This document shows, one piece after another, positions 1-12,863 of a stretch of DNA of 64,000 bases. Source of the stretch: Eledone cirrhosa. Lineage: Eukaryota. The notes under the pieces were generated by a model. The model worked only from the letters and a program-made list of their open reading frames with translations, had not been told where the DNA came from and did no database searches. Numbering within the stretch: the first letter of the stretch is position 1; every line of letters begins with the position of its first letter. Both the position numbers and the translations under genes were made by a program. The DNA lies in NCBI GenBank assembly GCA_964016885.1, contig OZ024743.1:216194001-216258000 (forward strand). Direction: 5' to 3'.

Positions 1-1142
1 ACTGCAACAATTGGATTATCTACATATCTAAGGGAATCACATGATTGGATGATCAAACTCGTTTTGAAACACGAAAGCATCAAAAGATCATATTCCATTA
101 CAAAAGATGCACAAAGATACAGTAATGGACTACAAATTTCGGAAGTCCCATTTACTGCTGAAATGGAAAACACAGAATAAGCAAAGCAGGTAAAAGTAAC
201 TGCAAAGAAAGAACTGCTACAGAAACTGGCTAAGAAATGGCAAGAAAAGCCTCTGTATGGAAAATACCCAGAGCGAGCTAACAATCCTGATGTTGACAAA
301 ACTTTAACCCATCAGTGGTTGGCATCCTCTGGACTGAAATCGGAGACTGAAGGACTGATTATATCGGCACAAGATCAGTGCCTGCCAACAAAAAATTACC
401 AAGCCAACAAAAAAATGGGTGCAGCCCATTATGCCGTGTATGCAAAAAACAACCAGAGACCATTGACCATATAATTTCAATGTGCAGTCCTATAGCTCCA
501 ACCAAATACCTAAACAGGCATGACAGAGCTGCACAATACATACATTGGATAATGTGTAAGCATTTTGACCTGCCCCATCAAAAGAATTGGTGGGAGCATC
601 AACCACCTCCCATACTTGAAAAAGATCACATCTCAATCTTGTGGAACTTTAGCATCCAAACAGACCGAAAAATAGATGCAAACAGACCTGATATAATATT
701 GAAAGACTTTCAAAAGAGGGTATGCCTGCTAATTGATATGTCCATTCCAATAGACAAGAATGTATCTATAAAAACATTTGAAAAATTGAGCAAGTATAAG
801 GACCTGAAGATATAAATTTGAAAAATGTGGAAATTGAGAACTAAAACAATACCAGTGGTTGTAGGCGCTCTGGGAATGATACCTAAGGGGTCTAATGATT
901 ACATATCGCAAATCCCAGGAAACCCGCGTATAGGAGAAATACAAAAGATAGTACTAATGGGAACTGCCCATATACTGAGGAAGATTCTGTCAATATAATT
1001 ACATCACAAGTCTAAACACTAAAGATGCATGTGTGAATATGTATGTTCCTTCTTGAACATGGCGGACCTTGTTGTCTCTTGAGGTCACTGGTTGTGACTT
1101 GGTGATAACTCGTATGAACATAAAGCAAGATAAATGCAACTG
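1..1142 (+). mobile_element. R4/Dong-clade non-LTR retrotransposon, family A, 3' portion (runs off window start)
   Basis: ORF 378-815 has the CCHC knuckle CRVCKKQPETIDHIISMC, RHDRAAQYIHW and the RLE motif RPDIILKD..LIDMSIP. Ends GCAAGATAAATGCAACTG followed by (TAA)n. Confidence 0.9.
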
Positions 1143-1174
1143 TAATAATAATAATAATAATAATAATAAGTAAT

Positions 1175-1260
1175 GAATATCTGAGGCTGCAGGTAGTGGC
1201 TTGATATTCATTTCAACAAACTTTCCAGTTAACTAACATCAATGACTGAGACTCAAAGAG
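1175..1260 (+). mobile_element. R4/Dong family B, 3'-terminal ~85 bp fragment
   Basis: Matches the 3' ends at 25435-25519 and 40656-40740; flanked by (AAT)n. Confidence 0.85.
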
Positions 1261-1296
1261 TAATAACAATAATAATAATATTTATAATAATAATAA

Positions 1297-4200
1297 GATG
1301 GACGAGAAGAAGACGCACGTGGTGGATAGAAGGTCATGAAATCGGTCCCGTAAGTTTTTGATTTTTAACATATTCAAAACAATTGTGATATTACAATTCT
1401 TAGTACAAATGATACATAAAGTACCAGACTCCACTCTCAGAAAATTCGGATCCATAATATCCTGTTATATCGCTCAAATATTCAATTTTGTATTATAAAT
1501 TTTATATTAAAAAAAAGAAAATGGTTATAAATTGAAGAAAAAAACCCCTCTGTCTACACTATATAGAACAGCCAAATGACAGCATTTTCACCAACATCAC
1601 AAATTAGATACACCACCTATCCCATCACCCCTCTGTGTATACAAGAGGGGTGATGGGATATATACACTAAATACAACAGCCAGATAACGGCAATTTCACC
1701 ACCACCACCACCAATCCCAGCATAATAATAATAATTACTATTATTATTGTCGCAAGTTTTCACAAAATGTTTAATTCCAATATTAAGAAAATATGTCAAC
1801 ACATATATTAAACATACGCGACAAACCGCAATGATACACAGATCAAACAAACTACAGTCAATTCAACAAAACTTAGTAACGACAGCGCCATCGCTATAGT
1901 CACCGCCGCGACCACTCCATCCATCATTGCTACCACTATCCCATCACCGCCCCCACCACTCCTTCATTGCAACCACCACTATTCCCCCATTACCTTCTGT
2001 TAACTTAAGAAAGGGGAAGGTGGTGGTATCACTAGACAAGGGAGAGGCTAGCAAAAGATATAAACGACTATGGCACTGCTGGCTCCCCCCTTCCCCACCA
2101 GCAATAGAAAAAGCCCCAGCACCACCACCGACATAGCCAATTACAATAACAGGCAACCTCAGCAAGAAGTATATTATATTATTAATAATTTCATTCTTAA
2201 GCCACGCTATACTCACATTAAGGAACCACTCATGATAATAACAATTTAAAAAAACAACAAAAAATAAAACCGCGTGACCAAGAAATACCGGGATGGCAGC
2301 CGCGGGGAATAGCCGTGTCTCTAGGGGAAGACCACCCCTCTAGTCTTGGTTGACACTCGTCCTAGAAGTGGTAACACGAAATGATTACGCTTTGGCGGTT
2401 AAGGTTAAAACGCGACAAAATAAAGTAATTGTCAAATGATAAAATCTCATACAGGATCGGCCGTCACCCGGGTCAAAAAGGGCCGCGTCCCTCAGAGAGG
2501 AACCAGACTGGGGTCGAAAAATCAGCTAATGATTCAAACCTTCCCACCACTTCGGAGCTGGAGACCTCCCATAACCGGAATACTCCTACTGTTGGCCCTC
2601 CATGCTCACCACCAAGAAATCCAAAGAAAAAAAGAGAAAAATGGTCAAGGGAAGATAATAAAGAAGTCCTTGAGGCTTTCTACACTGCCATGTACGACCC
2701 ATCAAATATATCGAATACAGAACAGACATATATCAACTGGAAAAAGAAACATCCCGAAAACAGAGGCTATATTGACAGTCACAAACTAGCCAATATACGA
2801 AGAAATATTGTAAAAAAAAAGTTACTAACTGATATAGAAATTAATCAGATAAAGTTATTAGCACAAAGTCAGCGAGGGAAAATGAAACATGTGTCAGTGA
2901 AAACGAGGTAAATTGTAACACTTCGAATCCCAGGGTTGGGGCGGAATCACTGTCAACAGAACAAATTAAAGAAAGGATCGAAAAAGAGGGAGTGCATGCT
3001 CAAGATGAAACTCAAAATGAAAATAATGAGATCGTAAATGATAAAGAAATGAATGAGAATGTACTTGCCAACTTGAAGGATGAAATTATGATCGAATGGA
3101 TGAAAATGAAAGAATATGACATGGGGGAACGAGACACCCTCCCTAAGATCCAGAACTCCAAACAGAACCAAAAGATAATACACAAGACTAACATGATTCT
3201 CAAAAACAGTATCATCACAAACAAACTAAACATTACTGATTTAAATCATCTCTATTATGCATCGGCTAAAGTCACCACTCTCTTATGTGGAGTGAAAATG
3301 AAAAAAACAAAGGAATTCCCACAAGAAATCTACTTGGCAAGAGAACATCAATCGCCAAATAAAACTTCTCGGATCTGACATAGAAATTTTAACAAACTAT
3401 AAAGTAGGTGAACATGTTATACAAACTAAGCTTAGAAAATGGAAAAGAAAGTACAGTATAAAATCAACAAGTGACATAGACATGCTGATTGAAATAATCA
3501 AGCAAAAAGTGTCGGCCAAAGCTGCTCGTATAAGGCGCTTTGAAAAACGATCTAGATTCTATAAGGACAATAATATGTTCAAAAACAACCAAAGAAACTT
3601 CTACAGAAAAATTGGTAAGCCAACAATAACTGCTAAATCAATACCACCCAAGGAGGAAGTGCAAGAATTCTTGGAAAAGATCTGGGCCGAAGAAAAAGTT
3701 CATAATATACATGCCCCATGGATAGACAGACAAATGAAAGATACAGCTCACCTTGAGGAACAAATATGGGAAAATATAACAGTTGAACAGTTGCGTTTGG
3801 CTCTTAGAAAAACCAGCAAATGGAAATCCCCAGGAAAATACAAAATACAGCATTTTTTGATAATTGCCTTCACATAGTCTCATGAGCTGTTAGCCCAACT
3901 TTACAATGAAATAGTTAAGAGGCCAGAAAAAATACCATCATGGCTAGTTAACGGCATTACATTCCTGCTTCCGAAGAATGATGAGACAAACAATCCCAAA
4001 AATTACAGACCGATAACTTGCTTGACCACAACGTATAACATTTTAACATCAGTCCTAACTGAAAATACATATGACCACCTGATAAAAAAATGACCTATTT
4101 CCCATTGAGCAGAAAGGGTGTAAACAAGGCTCATATGGCTGTAAGGATCAGCTTTTGGTTACTAAAATGATACAGGAAGATTGTCATAATAGACACAAAA

Positions 4201-5518
4201 ATCTCTCAATTGATTGGATAGATTATAAAAAAGCATTCAATAGTTTGCCACACAGTTGGATTGAAAAATGTTTAGAGATTTTCAAAATATCTCCCGTGTC
4301 AGGAGGTTTTTATCATTCAGTATGAAAACATGGAAAACGACACTGCTTTTGAATAGTGAAACAAAATCACTGGAAGCTGGAGAAGTTAATATTAATTGTG
4401 GAATTTTTCAGGGTGAGTCTTTATCACCGCTTTTATTCTGCATCGCACTTATACCATTAAGTAAAATGCTCAATGAAACAAAACATGGATATAAAGTCTA
4501 TGACAAAACCATTAATCACTTGTTCTACATGGATGACCTGAAACTATTTCCAAAAAATGATGAACAATTGCAAGGACTATTATCCACTGTGAAGCAGTTC
4601 AGTGATGACATTAAAATGGAGTTTGGAGTAGATAAATGCGCAAAGCAACGTTCATCAGAGGAAAGCTGCTGAAAAGTTCAGACATTAATCTTGATCGAGG
4701 GAATGTGATAAGAGAACTTGATCAAGAGGAAACTTACAAATATCTACGTGTTTGTGAAGGAGACGGAATCAAGCACTCGACAATGAGGGAAAGGATAAGG
4801 AAGGAATGTTACCGCAGAGTAAGAGCAATCTTAAGAACGGAATTGAATGCAAGGAATAGGATCGATGCCATAAACACGCTTGCCATACCAGTAGTAACCT
4901 ACAGTTATAATGTCATCAACTGGTCAAGCACAGAGATCCGTAGGCCCGATACAAAAATTCGAAAATTCTTAACCATGCACAGAATGCATCATCCTAAGGA
5001 AGATACAGATAGAATATATCTCCTTAGGAAAGAAGGAGGACGTGGGTCAATCCAGTTAGACATTGCGTTGAAAACTGCAAACAATTGGATTATCTACATA
5101 TCTAAGGGAACCACATGAGTGGATGATCAAATTCGTTTTGAAACACGAAAGCATCAAAAGATCATACTCCATTACAAAAGATGCACAAAGATACAGTAAT
5201 GGACTACAAATTTCAGAAGTCCCATTTACTGCTGAAATGGAAAACACAGTAAAAGCAAAGCAGGTAAAAGTAACTGCAAAGAAAGAACTGCTACAGAAAC
5301 TGGCTAAGAAATGGAAGAAAAGATAGTACTAATCGGAACTGCCCATATACTAAGGAAGATTCTGTCAATATAAGTACATTAGAAGTCAAAACACCTAAAG
5401 ATGCATGTGTGAGTATGTATGTTCTTTCTGGACCATGGCGGACCTTGTTGTCTCTTGTGGTCACTGGTTGTGACTTGGTGATAACTCGTATGAACATAAA
5501 GCAAGATAAATGCAGCTG
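1297..5518 (+). mobile_element. R4/Dong family A, near full length, with ~700 bp internal deletion of the knuckle/RLE region
   Basis: ~1.1 kb leader, then a disrupted ORF (REKWSREDNKEVLEAFY N-terminus; RT GIFQGESLSPLLF, YMDDLKL). At ~5320 the sequence jumps to the 3' end across an AAAAG microhomology. AAT tracts on both sides. Confidence 0.88.
2429..5326 (+). pseudogene. Frameshifted R4/Dong RT polyprotein (family A)
   Basis: ORF pieces 2429-2911, 2992-3378, 3482-3877, 4268-4672, 4636-5118 and 5123-5326; from ~3290 onward they are collinear with the less disrupted copy at 29264-31928. Confidence 0.88.
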
Positions 5519-5573
5519 TAATAATAATAATAATAAAAGGTCAAGGTGTTAAATATTCACTACATTTATAGAG

Positions 5574-5652
5574 TTGTGACGCGCGTTTCACGATTGATCA
5601 CCTCGGGGTTCGATCTGTATCGATCAGGCCCCACTCAGGATTCGTCAGACTT
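5574..5652 (-). ncRNA. Degenerate type I hammerhead ribozyme (Penelope-like pLTR remnant)
   Basis: Minus strand reads CTGACGA ... GAAAC GCGC GTC with palindromic stem III (ACGCGCGT). Stem I and the base of stem II pair poorly. Confidence 0.5.
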
Positions 5653-5821
5653 TTGTTATATATATATATAAACAATTCCTTTAGGCAGTGGCGAGAAAGG
5701 ATACTCAATTAAATATTAGATTTTAATGCTGTCTTTTTTATAGCCAAAAACTGTGTATATTGTGGAAGAATAAATATATATATAGAAATAGATAATATGT
5801 ATCATATACACACATATATAT

Positions 5822-5825
<4 letters not shown>

Positions 5826-5899
<74 letters not shown>
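5826..5899. repeat. (TA)n microsatellite
   Basis: Direct read. Confidence 0.95.
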
Positions 5900-5902
<3 letters not shown>

Positions 5903-6080
5903 GTTTACATATATATATATATATATACATACATACATATACGTAGCAAAAAGCCACCAGCCGTAAGCAACTACCACACTCCTTCCAACCTGACCGCTGC
6001 TACGTCACGATTCTTAGCCATTTTTGAATGTATTCTTGGCGCGATCACTTTCGAAAATTTATTGTCTAGATTAGAGCAAT

Positions 6081-6153
6081 CTCCTGAAGAGTCCGATGCT
6101 CGAGTTTCCAAAGTTATTGGAAATCTCAAAATGCGGACGAAACCATGGTAGAG
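6081..6153 (+). ncRNA. Type I hammerhead ribozyme, Penelope-like minimal type
   Basis: CTC-CTGAAGA-GTCCG..(GAGTTTCCAA/TTGGAAATCTC hairpin)..CGGAC-GAAA-CCATGG-TA-GAG: intact core, 3-bp stem I, palindromic stem III, GUA cleavage triplet. Confidence 0.8.
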
Positions 6154-6422
6154 GCAAATGAATGCATTCTCTTTTCTCCTAGTTTATTTTACACCTAATT
6201 CTGTTTAATTAACTGTATATCTGGGCTATTACGCTGTCGAAATATTCGATAAATATTCCGTCGCAGCCGATACGAAGGGCTAGTTTCGGTTATTTGTTGG
6301 AGATTTCTTCATAGAAGCCTTATTCTTATAGCCTGGTCTATTCGATTTTTTATATTGTTTATTATGCTAATTGGGAGAGGAAATGGTATTTATTTTATCT
6401 GGTGATTCTATAGACGTGTTTA

Positions 6423-6457
<35 letters not shown>

Positions 6458-8344
6458 GTGTGTGTGTCTGTACATTTCTCTGGCTAGGTATGATTTCATT
6501 CTAGCATTCTAGAAGAGCAGCTATCGTCCATGGTCGCAATCCTCTCTTTACTAACCTTATTAACATCCTATGTGTTCTAATTTGTCTTGCGACAAATCAG
6601 AATACATAGGACGGAAAGAGTTACCCAAGTCATTTTAAATGTATCAGTCAAATAATTATGCGAAATATTCGCATAGTAGTGATGCCTTAATCTACATATT
6701 TCATCACAAGCATTGCTATTAATCTACGAAATTGTCGCTTCTCTTTCAAATATCTATATTCATTGAATTGTAAATATTAACTTCCTTGATATATACGTAT
6801 ATTCCAGAAATAGTTCGTTAGCTTGTAAATCTTAGTTATACCTTTTCCAGGCGTTCTGAAAGTGAAAGAATGTTGAGAAGTTATGCTCAGATGAGATACT
6901 TGCTCCAACCCATGAAATAGAGCATCAAGAAACATTCCTGTTTAAGTATGATCTCACCTTTTTTCCCGGCCGCCCAAATATTTGAAAGCGGATTCTTGAC
7001 TCTGGAAACTTCGTTTAAAATCGCATTTAAGCACGTTGTTATAAATCTGTTTTAAAGGGTTGATAATCAAAACATTATTTGAACACCAGTTATTTTTCCA
7101 GTTATATTATGATTTTTGTTTGATGTTTAATACTTGAAAATTATTATTAAGCTTTGGATCATCGCTTGGAGAACATATGTTCAAAGGTAGTTCGATAGTC
7201 AGAATGGTAAAAGATAAAAAGTTTAGATTTTGCTGGCAAATAATTTAAACACATCAATACACCACTCTGAAAATAGTTCCTCTTTAAATCTGAATGATTT
7301 CTAGAAGTAGCTTAATGTTTTATTATTTTTTACAAGTAATACACCAGCACTAGAATTTTTGAAATATTGTCAACAATGTTGGTAGCTTTTAATTCTAGTG
7401 AAGATTTGTCGAAATGACTTTAATAATCCTTGAAAGCATACCCTTTTAATACCCCTGCGCCGCATTTACATTAAGAATAAGGACTGTGTGATATGCATCA
7501 ATCTGCATGATGACTAGAAATACTTTACGCAATGCTTAACTGGTACGATTTTTGCCGCACCAATTATCTTACCTTTTAAACATATATAATGTACAAGCCC
7601 AAAGACACACACACAACACCACCACCACCAAAAAGTCACAAAAACAAATAAGCAAAATTATATATATATTGAGATACTGGGGAATAATCAAAATTGAAAA
7701 GGGGGAGGACATTTTGGTCTGTGTGCAATGCACAAATCGAGGAAAAATCACATTTGCTTTTCTTTTTCTTAATGTCGATGAATAAGGTATCAATCATGGC
7801 TAGAGAATTATTGGAATCCATAGAGTTTGGGTTACATTTTCTGCTTCTTTGTAGTGTGATGTTGGCCCAAGTGCCAATGGTCAGGAGAAGTAAATTAACC
7901 ACAAGAAATTAACATGCAGCCACCATTGGACAACGAAGAGAGGTACACTTTCAGCCCTTATAGATACGCTGGTAACAGCAACCATATATTTCATCCATCA
8001 GTTTATGGGAATTATACACATGAGTGCATGCTCATGTGATTGTGAAATATACATGTATGTGTGGGTAGGTAGGTGGTGGTGTAGGTGTCAGTAAACTGCT
8101 TCTATATCATTTTTTCAAATAATTGCTTCAACCACAACATGAATAGTGAACAACATATTCAAATAATAAATTCACACTTGTTTAATTACATCATCTGACA
8201 GGATTCAATTAGAAGGGTGGGTCCTTAACTGATGCCATGGTGTAAACTCATTTCCCTGTTGTTGGGGCATTTTAAACATGGCGGAGTAGAATTCATCCCG
8301 GATTTAAATAAAACTGATACATCACTGAGATGTGGGGAAGTGAT

Positions 8345-8480
8345 AGATCTAGAAGATAAATTGATCGCTGTACTACTCTGGTAGTTTATTTGCTAACCCC
8401 TAAATTATGAAAGACAATGTTGACCTCGACGGCATTCGAACTCACTGCATCGAGGGTCGCAAAAATAATGGAGCATTTAA
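8345..8480 (-). mobile_element. Highly decayed tRNA-derived SINE
   Basis: ATGAAAGACAATGTTGACCTCGACGGCATTCGAACTCA resembles the core of the 46370 SINE; B-box on the minus strand. Confidence 0.5.
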
Positions 8481-9580
8481 TTTAATATCGTAACACTATT
8501 TTGGCAGGTTGAATCACCGCCTGTCCAATGAAGAGAAGACATCCATAAAAGTTCTACCGTTTATTGGCGAATATAACCCGAATAATGCGTAAGAAAATAT
8601 CGATGGTAGAAGGGGTAGACTTATATTCGGTGTCCATATTTTGACTATTTTCACCAACATCGATAACAAGTTTGGATTGTTGCCTATTTCACAGACATAG
8701 AATAGTGGAGTCAACTTATATTTGAGTATATAATGTAACTTGTAATGTAGTAGTCTCTTATAGAATTTTAGAGATTTCCTAAATATGTTGAAAATAATGG
8801 ATTTAGGTTCTAACATTTTCAAACACAGGGTATATAAACTAGTTTCCTTCTATCGAGATAAACTAAAAATTTAAGATTATTGGTTCAGATTAACAAAGAG
8901 AAGAACCATTATTTTATTTGAAAGAATTAATGAGTATTTCACGAGAAATAGAATGACGCATAGCACTCTGTGATATGCGTTGGACATTATTTAGGCTGTA
9001 AAGAGATAGGTTATTTATTTCAATGCAGAATTAATTTTTCTGAGGTAAAATAGTATTAGACGTAGCGGAATAGTTCTTCGTAGCAGCTTAATAATCATAC
9101 TTATGACGATACGGTTGGGACTTTATAGAGTAGATTATTATCATTAAAATATTGCACTTTCAGGAAAAGTGCCCTGATGTCGGAGAGCAATTGGCGGAGA
9201 ATATAGAAGACTTGCATGTGGTCGATACGCTTCTTGGAGACAAAACATGGTATTCAATAAATTAGATAGGAGAAGAGCGATGTGTTGTCACTATATTATT
9301 CAATAAAGGCATTAGATATAATAGATAGGAAGCAGTTAATAGGGAAAGAGTGAGAATAGGAAAGATAATGGACAATCCAGTTGCAACGTATGGGAGTGAT
9401 AAATCAACGATCGATTTAGAAATATAAGGTCGCATTAACCCAATTGAAAGACAAATAGGATGCTTATCGAAGCACATATGATTTACATACATTACATTAT
9501 CTACACACACAAACAATCACTATCTACTTACTTGTATATATAAATGTATACATGTGTGTGTGTGTATATTATATATATTT

Positions 9581-9612
<32 letters not shown>

Positions 9613-9934
9613 GTACGTAAATATATTTGTGTGTGTGTGTATGTATGAATATACATCTACAGTACTGCTAAAGTCGTTAAGGTGCATTATTTTCATTTAT
9701 TTGAAGACAATTAGAACATGGAAACATAAAATGCTATCGAAGAATAACACATCAGGAACAATAAACTCTTATTCAAAGGCAAACTTGCACAGATTCATGT
9801 GTGCTAATGCAATTTCCGATCCTTCTAAGGATCGCGGGAGTTTTAGAGATGAATAGAATAACTAAAATATTGTATGACGTTTTATGTCCAGTGAGGTTTT
9901 CTCTTCTTTTACATAAATTTCATAAGGGGTCCTG

Positions 9935-10112
9935 ATTCAGGTACAAGGCCAGCAATATAGAGCGAAGGAGAAGTCGATTAAATCGACCCCAGTGTCAGGA
10001 TTACTGGCAAATCTACCATCGGCGGGATTGGAACGCAGAATATTTAGGGCCGTAACTGTATGGCGTGAAGCAGGGGGTCTGAAGCTCTACCGATATTGAC
10101 AATTAACCGCCC
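9935..10112 (-). mobile_element. tRNA-derived SINE (decayed copy)
   Basis: ACAAGGCCAGCAAT...CGGCGGGATTGGAAC...CTCTACCGATATTG...ACCGCCC matches the copies at 12677 and 46370. Confidence 0.75.
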
Positions 10113-10884
10113 TTACATAAATTTGATAAGGTTATAAAGTCAGCATCTTCAATATCAACCATAGATATGGTCATGGATCTTGAGTAATAGCTGAATTAGT
10201 AAGACCGCGAATATAAGCAGCTGAAATAGGGTTCGTCTGAAGGTTCTTTGGAGTTAGGTTACTCGATTGTTTGGTTCATATATTAGTGAATCATTCGTAT
10301 TAGTGGCACTATTTTACCGATTCGAGAGATCATATTTCCGTTACTACAGACATGGAGTTAAATTATTCCAGATTAGACCGTCTGCATATATTTGATGGAC
10401 AAACCCAAGTGGTCGGAGACGCAGAAATAGTCCACGAGCAAGATGTTTGAATAACATTCAGAAATTCGTTTATTCTGGCTAATAGGACCCTCTTCAATGT
10501 GTCTCTGGCCTCTCCGTACACACGAGCCTCTCAGGTTTGAGTAGGTGAATAATAATGATTCTTTTTGAAGGTTTTCTATTGTAAGCATTTGCTAGGTGAA
10601 TCATTGATTGTTCTCAGATTAGTCCATTACTTCAGAGGTACAACATTTCGCGCTGTATTCTGGTATTGCTAATGGTGGTATAAATTCGAGCACTGTTCAA
10701 GGCGGGGGTGTCTCAAGGCTTTTTATAAAAGACGTAAGTATGTATGTATGCATGTATGTATATATGAATGTATGTAGGTGTGTCTGTGTGTGCATGTATG
10801 GGTGGTATTATATGTGCGGATTTGTATGTTTGCTCTTATATCTGTACACGTTCATATGTTTCTCTCTATATATGTGTATATGAA

Positions 10885-11270
10885 ATTATTACATGTAGAA
10901 TTTCAGAAAGGTTTAACATATTTTTACACTTCCAATAAAGGAGTGTATTTGCAGCTCCCTCACTAGCCGTTCCCTTTCCGGTTCCGTGATGCCCGGGATC
11001 TCAAGATGTGAGCTGATGCAGATAGTAACGTATCCAAGATCCTCAATAATCACACGTATTAATATAAAGTGGAGTATTTGCAGATTTCTTATTGGGTCAT
11101 AATAAATATTCTAATTTCCACAGATCACTGTCATTTACTAGACAGCAGACTTCCACTATTGTGTGTGCTTAGTTTTCTCTGCCTCATATCACTGTGACTG
11201 GTTTGTTGTGTTTGAATTTTTAAGAGATTTTCAGTTCAATATTCTACAAGTATATATTCATATTTCTTGA
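10885..11270 (-). mobile_element. Decayed 3' end of an RLE-type non-LTR retrotransposon (family distinct from A/B)
   Basis: Minus-strand translation remnants KFKHNKPVTVI*GREN..TIVEVCC, IIEDLGYVT and LQIHSFIGSVKIC*TFLKFYM* resemble an RLE C-terminus. Confidence 0.55.
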
Positions 11271-11401
11271 GCAAAACATATAAGGAGTTTAATGACAGCA
11301 TAAATAATAAGAAACATATGTTATATCCTTGAAATATATACCCCTGACTTGTTTTAATTCATAAGTGAAAAAGTATGTATATGTTTGTGCATTTATATAT
11401 G

Positions 11402-11608
11402 TAAGCACGCATAATAGTGGAAGTCTTCTGTCTAAAAAATGGAAATGATCAGTGAAATGTAGAATATTTATTTTGACCCAATGATAAATCTGCAAATACG
11501 CCACTCTGACTATAACTTTAGATTTATACCTATAATCATCGAGGCTCTTGGGTATGTTACTATATGCCTCAGCACACATCTTGAGATGCTGTCATACAGA
11601 ACCGGATG
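11402..11608 (+). mobile_element. Second, inverted copy of the same decayed RLE fragment
   Basis: ATAGTGGAAGTC, AATCTGCAAATAC, GTTACTAT and CACATCTTGAGAT match the reverse complement of 10975-11172. Confidence 0.6.
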
Positions 11609-12676
11609 GTCCCTGGGCTTAAACGCAACGGCTTTTTTTAATTTGGTCTGATTTCTTCTCGGTTACTTACTTGCATGTGTCATTGTTCTGTGTTTTCCCC
11701 TTCTTTTTTTCTTTTATTTCTTTCATTATCTCTCTCTGCTATCACTTTTTCCCCTCGTGGCTTTTTGATAGTTAAATGCTATGGGCGCGCTGCGGATAGA
11801 TGTATTGTCTATAATGCGCTGAAATATCTGTGATCGTAGTAGACAAATGACGTAGGGAAATTGTCCATCTCTTTTTAGTGTCGCCTTACTTTCTAACAAT
11901 CGCCATCATAACCACACAGCCTCGTTTCCCTCAATCCACACACACACACACACCACACACACACTCACACACATGCATGTATATAAATATATATATATAC
12001 ATGCACATATATGTGTATGTGCATGAGTATTTAGTGGGTGCAGAATGCATTTAGTAAGCTGATGTAAGATAATAATTAATTACAAATTGTTTCTCGAGAA
12101 TACGACTCGTATGAAATTGATTGATAACATATATTTATAGTTATTTTGACGAATTTTGCTTCACTTGTAAGAAATGAAGTCTGGCATAGCTAAAGAACGT
12201 AAGATAAATTAGACGAGAGAAAATGAACAGGAAAGTAATCTTGAATAATATAATAAATTGTATTCTAGATGATCATAGGAATTGTATATTTTGAAGGTTC
12301 AGCTGATAACACATAGATTTCGCGCCTTGTGCCGTACAAGAGAGATGTCCCAATCCAATTCTACCAATTGTTAGACACCATTGAAAGATAATTAATGCTT
12401 CATAGACAAATGTAGAGACAGGAAGTTGTATTATTCTATTGTAACAGATTTTGGCTTGTTACCAAACATTTTTCTAATCTCAAAATTCCCTGTTCAATCT
12501 TATTCTCACTTAACCACTATTTTTCTTTTTTCCTATGTGATCATGTAGAACGCTTTCAATTAATACATTTTCGAGCATTATCGCTGAAGGAAAGTACAAT
12601 GATTGCTTTGATATAAAATCATTGGCATTAATACTAATGTTATAACTCACTATAACCACAACAATATAATAATAAT

Positions 12677-12862
12677 CGTTTCTACATTTGGCACAAGGCC
12701 AGCAATTACCCAGTGCCTTACACGTACTTTATTTTATCCACCCCGTAAGGATGACAGGCAAAATTAACCTTGGCGGGATTTGAACTCAGTATGGAAAGGG
12801 CCGTAACTCTTTGCGTCAAAGCAAGGCGTCCGACCCTCTACCGATATTGCCAATCCACCGAC
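12677..12862 (-). mobile_element. tRNA-derived SINE with (ATT)n tail
   Basis: Minus strand: A-box-like TGGCAATATCGG, B-box GAGTTCAAATCC, central GCCTGTCATCCTTACGGGG domain, 3' CCTTGTGCCAAATGTAGAAAC then (ATT)n. Confidence 0.85.

Positions 12863-12863
<1 letters not shown>

Noticed and set aside
2340-2405. HDV-like ribozyme around GACACTCGTC
   Set aside because: Could not build P1, P3 and P1.1 with correct spacing; kept only as an unassigned structured segment.
6735-6840. RT-like peptide remnants (LSNIYIH, INFLDI)
   Set aside because: Short, interrupted by stops and wrongly spaced; may be chance in AT-rich DNA.
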